Part shown: piece by piece, positions 8,873-17,805 of the stretch
Layout of the letters: every line of letters starts with the position of its first letter
Numbering within the stretch: position 1 is the stretch's first letter
Assembly: GCF_002087085.1 (NCBI RefSeq)
Contig: NZ_MWQY01000004.1
Coordinates: forward strand, 1-64,000
DNA: 64,000 bases
Reading direction: 5' to 3'
Program-made: the position numbers and the translations under genes
Notes under the pieces: generated by a model
Told to the model about the DNA's origin: nothing
Databases searched by the model: none
The model's input: the letters and a program-made list of their open reading frames with translations, nothing else

Positions 8873-8937
8873 GCTTCAATATAAAACTATTGTTCCATGA
8901 TTATTATCCATGAACAACCGTTTTGCATTGTTTTGCC
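8873..8937. repeat. tandem GAACAAT-N8-ATTGTTC-like palindromes, copy B
   Basis: CTTCAAT-N8-ATTGTTC at 8874 and GAACAAC-N8-ATTGTTT at 8912, upstream of tag. Confidence 0.55.
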
Positions 8938-9103
8938 CCCTTTTCACCACTTTTATGCGTACAGTTATCCGGTTCCGGAGCTTTTCCCAACTCCCCGGGG
9001 TATCCGGCAGGAGGGGACTGCAAAAATTACTCATCCCTCTGGAGAAATCCGTCAAATCAGTGTTTAAAAACCCTTTCTCTGCGGTTATACTTTTTCTTAC
9101 AAT

Positions 9104-10819
9104 ATGAAAAAGAACCTGATTTTGCTTCCTGTCCTGTTGAGTATTGTAGCCCTGTTTCTCGAACAGCAGGTCACCATGACGGTCTTCTGGCTTGTCATAA
9201 TAAACGCCCTGGATATTACGGTCCTGATTATCCTTGTAACAGAGGTTGTAACTGCCTTTAAGGCTGCGCCGTACAAATATATCTATATACGGCAGAATAT
9301 ATTCGCCCTGATCTTTACTGCCACCTTCGTGCTTCTCTTTGCCTACTCAAAGGTGCAGACCTTCCAGGTTCATTTTTCCCCCGAGAAGGTGGATCCCTCC
9401 CTTACTGCCGCGGTTCTGAAGAATACCTTCCTGGTGCTCAAAGTCCTGACCAGGTTTCGAAAGCTCAATACCCTCCTTGAATCCATCAGTCTCAAGCCTG
9501 CCCAGACTATGGTGCTCAGTTTTCTGCTGGTAATCCTGGTCGGCGCCCTCGTCCTGATGGTTCCCTTTACCTCGTCATCGCACAAGGGACTGCCGTTTCT
9601 GGATGCTCTGTTCACCTCCACCTCGGCGGTGTGCGTTACCGGGCTTATCGTCGTCGATACCGCCACCGCCTACTCCATCTGGGGACACATAAGCATCATG
9701 CTTCTCATCCAGATTGGAGGCCTCGGTATCATGCTTCTCTCCTATTTTTCTATCTTCGTCCTGCGCCGGGGGATAAGCCGGCAGGACAAGCTCATTGCCG
9801 CCTACATGCTGAGCCAGGACGATCTGCGCTCAATAAAGAAAACTGTAGTCGCCATCATCGGCGCAACCTTCCTTTTTGAAGCCCTGGGTACGCTGTTGTT
9901 GTATCTCTCGACCCCCTCCTTTACCGGCCCCTGGGGCGGACGTCTTTTTGCCTCCCTCTTTCACGCGGTATCCGCCTTCTGTAACGCCGGATTCGCCCTT
10001 TTCACCGACAGCCTGGAGGGCTTTAACGGAAACCTGCTGTTGAACGCCACCATAGCGCTGCTTATTATTACCGGAGGATTGAGTTTCGGCGTCCACATGA
10101 ATCTGCTGGACCTTTTCAAGCGTGACGGACGCTCCGCTTCACGGGTTCGACGGCTCTCGGTTAATTCCAGGGTGGTCCTGATCATTTCGTCGGTCCTGAT
10201 AGTTACCGGAACCCTGATCTTCTACGCCCTGGAGCATGGCGGGGTACTCAGGGAGCTCGGGACGGGGAAACAGTACCTGGCCGCCTTTTTCCAGTCCGTA
10301 ACCCTGCGCACCGCCGGATTCAACACGGTTCCCCTGGGTGCACTCGGCAGTGCCACCTATCTTTTCATGTGCCTCTTCATGTTCATCGGTGGTGCGGCAG
10401 GCAGTACCGCCGGGGGAATCAAGGTTAACAATCTCGCTGCCATGGGGGCCTACTTCCGTTCTCTGCTGAGGGAAACAAAGGAGGTCACCCTTTTTCGCTC
10501 CTCCCTGGGCAGCGATATCATTCTCAAGTCCTTTACCATCGCCACCTTCGGTCTTGTTACCGTATTTCTGGGAACTTTTATCCTGATGCTGACAGAGGAT
10601 GCCCCGGCGATAAAAATACTCTTCGAGGCAGTCTCCGCTTTCGGCACTGTCGGGCTCTCTGCGGGGATTACCGGGGATCTTTCCCCGATGGGAAAAAGTG
10701 TTATTATCATCATGATGTTTCTGGGCAGAATAGGGCCCCTGACCTTCATTGCCGCCGCCGGTTCACGTCAGGGACAAAGGGAGATACACTATCCCGGGGC
10801 GAATCTTTCGATTGGATAA
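9104..10819 (+). CDS. ktrB: KtrB/TrkH-family K+ uptake membrane subunit with N-terminal TM extension
   Basis: SAVCVTGL, SAFCNAGF, RTAGFN, SAFGTVGLS pore loops; MFLGRIG. Confidence 0.92.
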   Translation: MKKNLILLPVLLSIVALFLEQQVTMTVFWLVIINALDITVLIILVTEVVTAFKAAPYKYIYIRQNIFALIFTATFVLLFAYSKVQTFQVHFSPEKVDPSLTAAVLKNTFLVLKVLTRFRKLNTLLESISLKPAQTMVLSFLLVILVGALVLMVPFTSSSHKGLPFLDALFTSTSAVCVTGLIVVDTATAYSIWGHISIMLLIQIGGLGIMLLSYFSIFVLRRGISRQDKLIAAYMLSQDDLRSIKKTVVAIIGATFLFEALGTLLLYLSTPSFTGPWGGRLFASLFHAVSAFCNAGFALFTDSLEGFNGNLLLNATIALLIITGGLSFGVHMNLLDLFKRDGRSASRVRRLSVNSRVVLIISSVLIVTGTLIFYALEHGGVLRELGTGKQYLAAFFQSVTLRTAGFNTVPLGALGSATYLFMCLFMFIGGAAGSTAGGIKVNNLAAMGAYFRSLLRETKEVTLFRSSLGSDIILKSFTIATFGLVTVFLGTFILMLTEDAPAIKILFEAVSAFGTVGLSAGITGDLSPMGKSVIIIMMFLGRIGPLTFIAAAGSRQGQREIHYPGANLSIG

Positions 10820-10832
10820 ACTGGAGCAGGAA

Positions 10833-11537
10833 ATGGCAAAAGATACAGGAAAAAACTATCTGGTTGTGGGACTCGGAAGCTTCGGCAGCCGCCTCTGCGA
10901 AGTTCTCGAAGAGAAGGGCGGTACGGTTATTGCAGTAGACGCCGACGAACTCCTGATAGAACGGATAAAAAACAGCGTGACCCAGGCAGTCCACCTCGAT
11001 TCCACCGACGAAAGCCGCATGAGCGAACTGGACCTGGAGGACGTGGATGTCGGAATCGTCGCCATCGGAAACAGCTTTGAAGCGAGTATCCTGACTACGG
11101 CCATCATGAAACGCCTCGGTGTTCCCTACATCATTGCCCGCTCTCTGACGGAACTGCATCACCAGGTGCTTCTCCAGGTCGGAGCAGACGAAATAGTCAA
11201 TGTTGAAATCGACGAGGGAACACGACTGGCCAACCGCCTTATCGCTCCGGATATCCTGGACAGGATTCCCCTCTCCGGGGAGATCAGCGTGGCGGAGGTC
11301 AGAGTACCGAAGGGCTTCGTGGAGAAACAGCTGATAGAACTCGATCTTAGAAAACGCCTCCAGATCAATGTCATCGCCATCCGGCGATACAGCTACGGCG
11401 TGGACGAAATTGGCAATCCCACCAGAAGCGAAAGCCTCATTTTTCCCGGAGGGGAGGAGGTCCTTCAGGAGGAGGATATCCTGCTTATCGTGGGACGAAA
11501 CGAAAACATCTCCTCCTTCAATGAGCTGCAGGAATAA
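10833..11537 (+). CDS. ktrA: KtrA/TrkA RCK regulatory subunit
   Basis: VVGLGSFG Rossmann motif and TrkA-C domain; start at ATG 10833. Confidence 0.92.
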   Translation: MAKDTGKNYLVVGLGSFGSRLCEVLEEKGGTVIAVDADELLIERIKNSVTQAVHLDSTDESRMSELDLEDVDVGIVAIGNSFEASILTTAIMKRLGVPYIIARSLTELHHQVLLQVGADEIVNVEIDEGTRLANRLIAPDILDRIPLSGEISVAEVRVPKGFVEKQLIELDLRKRLQINVIAIRRYSYGVDEIGNPTRSESLIFPGGEEVLQEEDILLIVGRNENISSFNELQE

Positions 11538-11539
11538 GC

Positions 11540-12328
11540 ATGGATATCAAGAGTAACCGCTGGATTGTTCTGCTGCTGATTCTCGGCGCCCTGGGTATCC
11601 TTGCGGTGGGAGTATCGGCATATCTGTTGTTGACCGGCGCCTCGCCCGGGGCTTCCGGGGATCCGGTTTTTATAGCCCAGCGTATACTGTTTATCTCGAT
11701 TGTGGTCTTTCTTGTCTTCCTTACGGCCTGGAGCATCACCGTTTTTCGCGGCATTTCCATCGAAAAACGCCTGGACCGTCTGATCAACAAGAGCAGATAC
11801 CGCCGCCTGGACAGAAAGGCTGATTTCGCAGGATTCGGTTCTCTTGGCCCGCGATTACAGGATCTCTACAGGAGTCTTACCGACGCTAACGGAAAACTCA
11901 GCCGCAAGATAGCAGCCCAGGGGACCCTCCTGGATATTATAATCTCCAACTCGCCGTCCCTGATGCTGGTAACGGACAGCACCGGCAACGTCGTTTTCGT
12001 AAGCCGGGCCCTGCTGGAAACCCTTGAGAGGGATAAGCAGGATGTAATTAAAAAACCGGTGTCCTCAGTCTGGGAGGAGCTCAGTTTCAGCGATCTGCGA
12101 ATCTCCATGGAGGAGACCTTCTCTCATGTCAACCTTAAAGTGGAGAAATACCCCCTTACGGCATATCCGGTAGTCGGCAGCGACGGCTTGATATCCTACG
12201 TGGTATTCAACGCCGAAAAGCGGCCCTTCATGTATAGTCAGAAGGTCCAGGAAACCAGGCAGAAGGAGGTATCCCTGCAGTCCCGCCTGATGGGACTCCT
12301 CCGTCGTGGTAAAGGAGGAGCAAAATGA
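11540..12328 (+). CDS. membrane protein with PAS-like domain
   Basis: Two TM helices, then LMLVTDSTGNVVFVSRA PAS-like segment. Confidence 0.6.
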   Translation: MDIKSNRWIVLLLILGALGILAVGVSAYLLLTGASPGASGDPVFIAQRILFISIVVFLVFLTAWSITVFRGISIEKRLDRLINKSRYRRLDRKADFAGFGSLGPRLQDLYRSLTDANGKLSRKIAAQGTLLDIIISNSPSLMLVTDSTGNVVFVSRALLETLERDKQDVIKKPVSSVWEELSFSDLRISMEETFSHVNLKVEKYPLTAYPVVGSDGLISYVVFNAEKRPFMYSQKVQETRQKEVSLQSRLMGLLRRGKGGAK

Positions 12329-13389
12329 AGCGTTTCATCAATCTGTTTTCCCGCAGAATAGGCACCGTCCCGGGGACAATCATCGATGTACCCTCCAATG
12401 GCAGCCGGCCGGTGGAAATGGGGCTATTCCGTTACAATGCCGATTCCGTTGAGCAGCGACAGCTGGCTGCCGATGACTCCCTCGAGAACCTTGCACAGGA
12501 AAACCAGATACTCTGGCTGGACATACCGGGGGTTCACGACTCGGTCCTGCTGAAGAAGGTCGCCCGCCGTTTCGATATTCACCCCATTGCCGCGGAGAAC
12601 ATCCAGCATACCGGACAGCGTCCCAAGGCTGATGAATACGAGGATCAGCTCTTCCTGCTCCTTCACATGCTCACCTGGAACGGGGAAGAAAAAACCGTTG
12701 AAACCGAGCAGGTCAGCATCATAGCCGGCAAGGGCTATGTCATCTCCTTTCAGGAACATCCCGGGGACGTCTTTGATCCGGTCCGGCGACGCATCTCGGA
12801 AGGTCTGGGTCGGGTACGCCGAATGGGAGCAGACTACCTGAGCTACTCCCTGGCGGACGCGGTTGTGGACAACTACTTCCTGGTTATGGAGGACCTGCAG
12901 GAGGAGTTTGAAGAGCTTGAAGAACAGGTCCTTTTCGAAGACGGACCGGACCCTTCAGCCAAGGTACACTCCCTCACCAGGGAGCTGCTCTCCCTGCGCA
13001 GGGCAGTCTGGCCCATGAGGGAGGCAGCCTCGGCCCTGATGCGGGGACAGATCCCCGCGATATCCGAGGAGGTCCAGATCTTCTTTCGGGATCTTTACGA
13101 TCATATTGTCCAGATTATCGACTGGATCGAGCTGATGCGGGACAGCCTGAAGGGTCTTATGGACTCCTACCAGAGCAGGGTCGGAAACTCCACGAATGCC
13201 ATCATGAGGGTCCTGACCATTGTGGCGACCATTTTCATCCCCCTGACCTTCATTGTCGGTATCTACGGGATGAACTTCCAGAGGATGCCGGAACTCTCCT
13301 GGCCCCTGGGCTATCCCATGGTCATGGCCCTTATGGCCCTGGTTGCCCTGGGAATGCTTTTCTACTTCAAGAAAAAGAAATGGCTCTGA
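12325..13389 (+). CDS. corA: Mg2+/Co2+ transporter CorA
   Basis: YGMNF..MPEL signature, QRPK motif. Confidence 0.96.
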   Translation: MKRFINLFSRRIGTVPGTIIDVPSNGSRPVEMGLFRYNADSVEQRQLAADDSLENLAQENQILWLDIPGVHDSVLLKKVARRFDIHPIAAENIQHTGQRPKADEYEDQLFLLLHMLTWNGEEKTVETEQVSIIAGKGYVISFQEHPGDVFDPVRRRISEGLGRVRRMGADYLSYSLADAVVDNYFLVMEDLQEEFEELEEQVLFEDGPDPSAKVHSLTRELLSLRRAVWPMREAASALMRGQIPAISEEVQIFFRDLYDHIVQIIDWIELMRDSLKGLMDSYQSRVGNSTNAIMRVLTIVATIFIPLTFIVGIYGMNFQRMPELSWPLGYPMVMALMALVALGMLFYFKKKKWL

Positions 13390-14570
13390 CGGAACATCCC
13401 GGCGGCTATACCCTCAAGGGCCTTGTCATGCCCATTTACGCTCCCGCCTTTCTCTCCTACCTCGCCCAGGGACTGACGACCTCCTTCGTCGTGCTTTATG
13501 CCCTTCAGCTCGGAGCCGGTCCCGGGGCCGCCGGGGTAATCGCGGCCCTCCAGCACCTGGGAACTCTCTTTTTTGATATACCCGCCGGTCGATTTACCGA
13601 ACGCTTCAACCTGAAACGGGTGTACATGTTCAGTACACTGTTCCTGGGGATTTTTCTTTTCCTGATCTGGTTCCTCGACTCCCTTCCCTTTCTGATTATG
13701 CTGCTCATCGGTTTCGGTGCGGCACGGACTTCCTGGTCCATAAGCCAGGTCACCGTGGTTCGCCGGCTCGTGGACCCCGGTCTGCGGGGACGGGCACTGG
13801 CAAATATGGGAGGACTGGTACGGGCAGGATCCTTTCTCGGACCGGTCATGGGGGGGTATATTGCGGATATTCTCAGCCTGGGAGCCCTCTTTCTGAGCGC
13901 CGCTCTATGTACCTTCATCTCCACAGCACTCATACTGCTTAGAACCCCGGAAACGGAAGAAGAAAACGGAGCCCCCCCCGTCTTCCGCAGAATCCCGGAA
14001 ACTTTCCGCAGATACAGCAGAATACTCCTGAGCGCCGGTACCGGGGTTGTCATACTGGGAGTTCTCAGATCCGCCCGCCCGGTCCTGCTGCCCCTCTACG
14101 GCGAAAGTCTGGGACTCAGCCTGGGGCAGATAGGCCTGGTCATGGGATTGAGCGGTCTGGCGGATTCCCTGCTGTTCTACCCCGCCGGTATTATCTACGA
14201 TCGCTGCGGCATCAAGCGCGGAGGGGTTCTCTGTCTGGGACTCTTTTCTCTGGGCCTGATTCTGCTGCCCCTTTCCGGCGGTTTTTTCAGTTTTGCCCTG
14301 GTTTCGGTTTTCATCGGTATCGGTAACGGATTCGGCTCAGGTATCAACATGGCCATGAGCGCCATACTCGCCCCCGACGGGGAAGTCGGCGAGTTCATGG
14401 GTATCTGGCGCCTCTTTACCGATGCTGGTGTGTTCTCCGGCCCCCTGGCCGTGGGGCTCATAACGGCAGCTCTCAGTCTTGCCGCCGCCCCCTTGGCCCT
14501 GGGGGCTCTGGGACTGGCCGGAGCCCTCTATTTTCAGTACTCTGTACACGAAAGCAATGAAAAGCCTTGA
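13380..14570 (+). CDS. MFS transporter
   Basis: About 12 hydrophobic helices; G.F.ERF and G..YDR.G motif-A-like segments. Confidence 0.88.
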   Translation: MALTEHPGGYTLKGLVMPIYAPAFLSYLAQGLTTSFVVLYALQLGAGPGAAGVIAALQHLGTLFFDIPAGRFTERFNLKRVYMFSTLFLGIFLFLIWFLDSLPFLIMLLIGFGAARTSWSISQVTVVRRLVDPGLRGRALANMGGLVRAGSFLGPVMGGYIADILSLGALFLSAALCTFISTALILLRTPETEEENGAPPVFRRIPETFRRYSRILLSAGTGVVILGVLRSARPVLLPLYGESLGLSLGQIGLVMGLSGLADSLLFYPAGIIYDRCGIKRGGVLCLGLFSLGLILLPLSGGFFSFALVSVFIGIGNGFGSGINMAMSAILAPDGEVGEFMGIWRLFTDAGVFSGPLAVGLITAALSLAAAPLALGALGLAGALYFQYSVHESNEKP

Positions 14571-16029
14571 AGATTATGGTCCCGACACATCACCCTACGA
14601 GCTCTTCGAGCACCTCTATAACAGGGTAATCAGCCGTTCCATCAGGAGCTTCTCAAAACTCATGGAATATGTCAGCGCCCTGCCCAGGACCGAGCCGAAC
14701 CTGCGGGTGTTCCGAAAAATTTTTCACCTCATCAAGGAACTGAACTGGGGCGTTTTTGCCCCTCTGGACGAAAAGGAGTTCCCCGGACTCTGGAAGGAAC
14801 TGGTTTTACCCTTTTCCGGAATTTCCGGCACCGGGGACCTTAAGCGGAACACCTCGATATCCACGGTCTACGCTGCAATTCTCGATATTCACGGCTACTC
14901 CGCCTTTTGCCTGAAGAACCGCCGGAACCTCTCCATGCTGATGCTGCTGGACGAGTGTATCCAGGAAGACATCCGCAGGATTTCCAAAAACTTCGGCACC
15001 TTAAGCTGGCGCAGCGAAGGGGATGCGATAATCCTGATTTCCGACGATCCCAGGGGAATCAGCTCCGCGGCGGTCAATATCGCCGACTACTTTTCCAGGC
15101 GCAGGATTGTAAAGAGCAAGAAACTGCAGGAAAGCCGTATCGTCCATAAAATCATCCTGCCGGATATGGCGGTTTCCGCCGGAATCGCCGGAGGCAGAGC
15201 CTATACCCCCCTGGTGATCACCCGGGACGGCGACATCTCCGGCGACATCATCAATACCGCTGCCAGGCTCCAGGGCTTTGCCAACACCCTTGCCCCGACG
15301 GAGACCAAGATTCTCGCCACCAACCATGTGGTTCACCAGCTGCAGAAGGAGCGCCCGGGAGCTGAATCCGATCTGCTGGACGAGGTAGGATACTTCAACC
15401 TTGGCAGGTTCCAGTTCAAGGGGATGGAAATAACGGTCTTCGAGATTCTGTTCAGGAACTCCCAGAAGGAAAAGCTGATCTACCAGGGTCATCTGCTCAA
15501 GCTCTATTCAGCCATCGAAAAGGAACGCTGGCGGGACCTGATTTTTACCTCCCTGGTAAATGTCTTTGCCAGGGTCATAAGCTCCGCCAGGCAGATAAAA
15601 ATCGGGGAGGTCTCCAGAAGCGAGCTTTTGAATAAATGTTCCCGGGCATTGAAGCTGTACAAGTCCGGCACCGATTACCACCGCCCCATCGCCATTCTGC
15701 GGGAACTGCGGGAATCCCTTGCCCATCTTCGCAATGCAGACCCCATTCTCGGAATATACACCGATCAGATTCTCGAAAAATACAGCATGATAGAACACCA
15801 GTTCCATGACTATCTGGAAGAGCATCTGCCGGAAATGATCAACAAATTCCTGGACCTTCAGCAGCGGGACCTTTTTCTGAAAGCCTCAAAAAGCAGAGAG
15901 ATTTACGATCAGCTGAAGCAGAAGGGACTCGATGAAATGATGAAGGAAAACCAGAAATATACCTGGTACCGAATCATTGACGAGGAACGGGAGACCCTGA
16001 GCAGCCGCATCCACATAGGCAAAAAATAG
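14557..16029 (+). CDS. class III nucleotide cyclase domain protein
   Basis: ILDIHGYS, SEGDA, DISGDIINTAARLQ motifs; start moved to ATG 14557. Confidence 0.8.
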   Translation: MKSLEDYGPDTSPYELFEHLYNRVISRSIRSFSKLMEYVSALPRTEPNLRVFRKIFHLIKELNWGVFAPLDEKEFPGLWKELVLPFSGISGTGDLKRNTSISTVYAAILDIHGYSAFCLKNRRNLSMLMLLDECIQEDIRRISKNFGTLSWRSEGDAIILISDDPRGISSAAVNIADYFSRRRIVKSKKLQESRIVHKIILPDMAVSAGIAGGRAYTPLVITRDGDISGDIINTAARLQGFANTLAPTETKILATNHVVHQLQKERPGAESDLLDEVGYFNLGRFQFKGMEITVFEILFRNSQKEKLIYQGHLLKLYSAIEKERWRDLIFTSLVNVFARVISSARQIKIGEVSRSELLNKCSRALKLYKSGTDYHRPIAILRELRESLAHLRNADPILGIYTDQILEKYSMIEHQFHDYLEEHLPEMINKFLDLQQRDLFLKASKSREIYDQLKQKGLDEMMKENQKYTWYRIIDEERETLSSRIHIGKK

Positions 16030-16075
16030 AAAAGCTGCCCCTTTCCTCCGCATTCCCCGGGGTGTATACTTAATC

Positions 16076-16915
16076 ATGGAGGGTACAGGGATGGCGACAA
16101 AGCACTATACCGTTGACCTGCAGAACATCGACAGCGTCTCCGAAACCCTGAAGGCGATTCAGAACCTTCTGGATCGTGCGGGGAGCGGCAACGGCCGTAC
16201 TGGGACCGAAGAAGAGCATCTCAGCCTGGTATTCGGCAGCCAGGAAAACGGGAATTTCACCGAATTCGCCCCTCCCTCCTGGCATCTTGAAACACAGAGC
16301 GGACGCCCTATACCCCTGACCAGCGAGCACACCTTTTTTCATGCCGCCGGCGGCTTCGATATTCCCGGGCAGATTGAAGAGACCCTTGAACGCATGGGGG
16401 AATCAATGCTCATGGAGTCCGACACGGCCCCCCTGGGGTCCTATGCTTTTGTCGGCCTGATAATGGCCGGTCCGGAGTGGATACGCCCCTATGCGGAGTA
16501 TCTGCAGATTCTGAAGCGCTTTGATATGTTCAGCGATACCGAAGAGACCGACGGGATTTCCGCCGCGATCCAGACCTACGGATGGACCGAGGACACCCTG
16601 GAACTTCTGGCAATCAGAATGTTCTCCTGCCAGGGACACAGCGGAGGCGAGGCCTTCCAGGTGTTCAGGGATGAATTCGGTCTGAACGACGCCCTCGAGG
16701 ATGATGAGCTCCTTGGAGCCTTTGAAGGGGCCTTACGGCGGGAGATAGAGGAACTCGAAGACGCAGACCTGGAATCATACTTCTGGTCCTGCGGCTACGA
16801 CCCCCGGGGGGGAGCCCCGGCCCAGGGCGAGGCAGGTACCCCCTGTGACGAAGTTATCTGGAACCTCATCAGGGAGTACCTGGTCCTGGACGACGAGGAT
16901 TACGAGTACTACTGA
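16076..16915 (+). CDS. acidic hypothetical protein
   Basis: 279-aa ORF filling the gap; SD GGAGGG suggests an alternative start at 16091. Confidence 0.65.
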   Translation: MEGTGMATKHYTVDLQNIDSVSETLKAIQNLLDRAGSGNGRTGTEEEHLSLVFGSQENGNFTEFAPPSWHLETQSGRPIPLTSEHTFFHAAGGFDIPGQIEETLERMGESMLMESDTAPLGSYAFVGLIMAGPEWIRPYAEYLQILKRFDMFSDTEETDGISAAIQTYGWTEDTLELLAIRMFSCQGHSGGEAFQVFRDEFGLNDALEDDELLGAFEGALRREIEELEDADLESYFWSCGYDPRGGAPAQGEAGTPCDEVIWNLIREYLVLDDEDYEYY

Positions 16916-17805
16916 TCCCCGCGTAAAAAGTCAGCCGGTGATTTAATCAGCTGATTCGCCTTGAAGGCTGCCAGACTGAAGATATAGGGGGTTTCAGAGG
17001 ATCGGGCCAGATACGGGCCCTCTTCGGTCTCCGTAAGAATCTCCACGCTTATATCCCCTCCGTCGGTTTCAAGGATTATCTGCATAATCAGTTCCCCCGT
17101 ATCCACCGCATCCTCAGGAAAATCCGCGGCGCTGAAGGCCGAGAAGTTCCGGACATACTGATCCAGCAGATCGGCATCGGCAGCTTCCCCGCTGTCGCTG
17201 GTCCAGCCCCCGTCGCTGCGGATAAATCCGCCGGGCTCCTCTCCCGTTTTGGCAAGAACAATCCGGCGAATACTCGCGGGGTCCAGGGTAAAAAGCTGTT
17301 TCTCCCGCAGGTCCCCGGCGGAAAGCTCAAAATCCCGGCGCAGGTTATCCGCAACAAGGATAACCTCCTTCTCTCCCGGAAAGCGTATATAACTCTGCCG
17401 GCCGGTGGTTCCGGCCTTGCCGATCAATACCGAACGAAGCTCTTCAGACCCCGAATAGACGGTCACCCGGATGGCCTCTTCCTCCTCGAGGCGGTAGGGG
17501 CGGAAATACCCTGAACTGCTCACCTGCTCCAGGGGCTGCAGATTGAGAATTTTTTCCGCCAGGTTTTCGATTTTATCGGCATCCCCCGGATAATTCTCAG
17601 AGCCTATCAGCCATTCTCCTCCGTTCTTCCTGAGTTCAATGTTCCTTTCGCCGTCGGCAATCGTCATGGCGCTTACGTCCGCCTCGATTGGCGCTACCTT
17701 CGGCTGTACAGATCTTCCCAGAAACTGCTGCAGCACGAGAACGGCAAGGAGCAGCGCGATCAATATCAGATAGACAGTTTTCCGTCTGCTCAAACCCTGA
17801 ATCAT
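16909..17805 (-). CDS. DUF4340-like membrane-anchored protein
   Basis: N-terminal TM, duplicated domain, LREKQLF; typical fourth gene of Gld-like ABC operons. Confidence 0.78.
   Translation of the reverse strand: MIQGLSRRKTVYLILIALLLAVLVLQQFLGRSVQPKVAPIEADVSAMTIADGERNIELRKNGGEWLIGSENYPGDADKIENLAEKILNLQPLEQVSSSGYFRPYRLEEEEAIRVTVYSGSEELRSVLIGKAGTTGRQSYIRFPGEKEVILVADNLRRDFELSAGDLREKQLFTLDPASIRRIVLAKTGEEPGGFIRSDGGWTSDSGEAADADLLDQYVRNFSAFSAADFPEDAVDTGELIMQIILETDGGDISVEILTETEEGPYLARSSETPYIFSLAAFKANQLIKSPADFLRGDQ

Noticed and set aside
14557..16029. Pycsar anti-phage system
   Set aside because: No adjacent cNMP-binding TIR or TM effector; the cNMP-binding gene at 28689 is more than 12 kb away in a housekeeping context.
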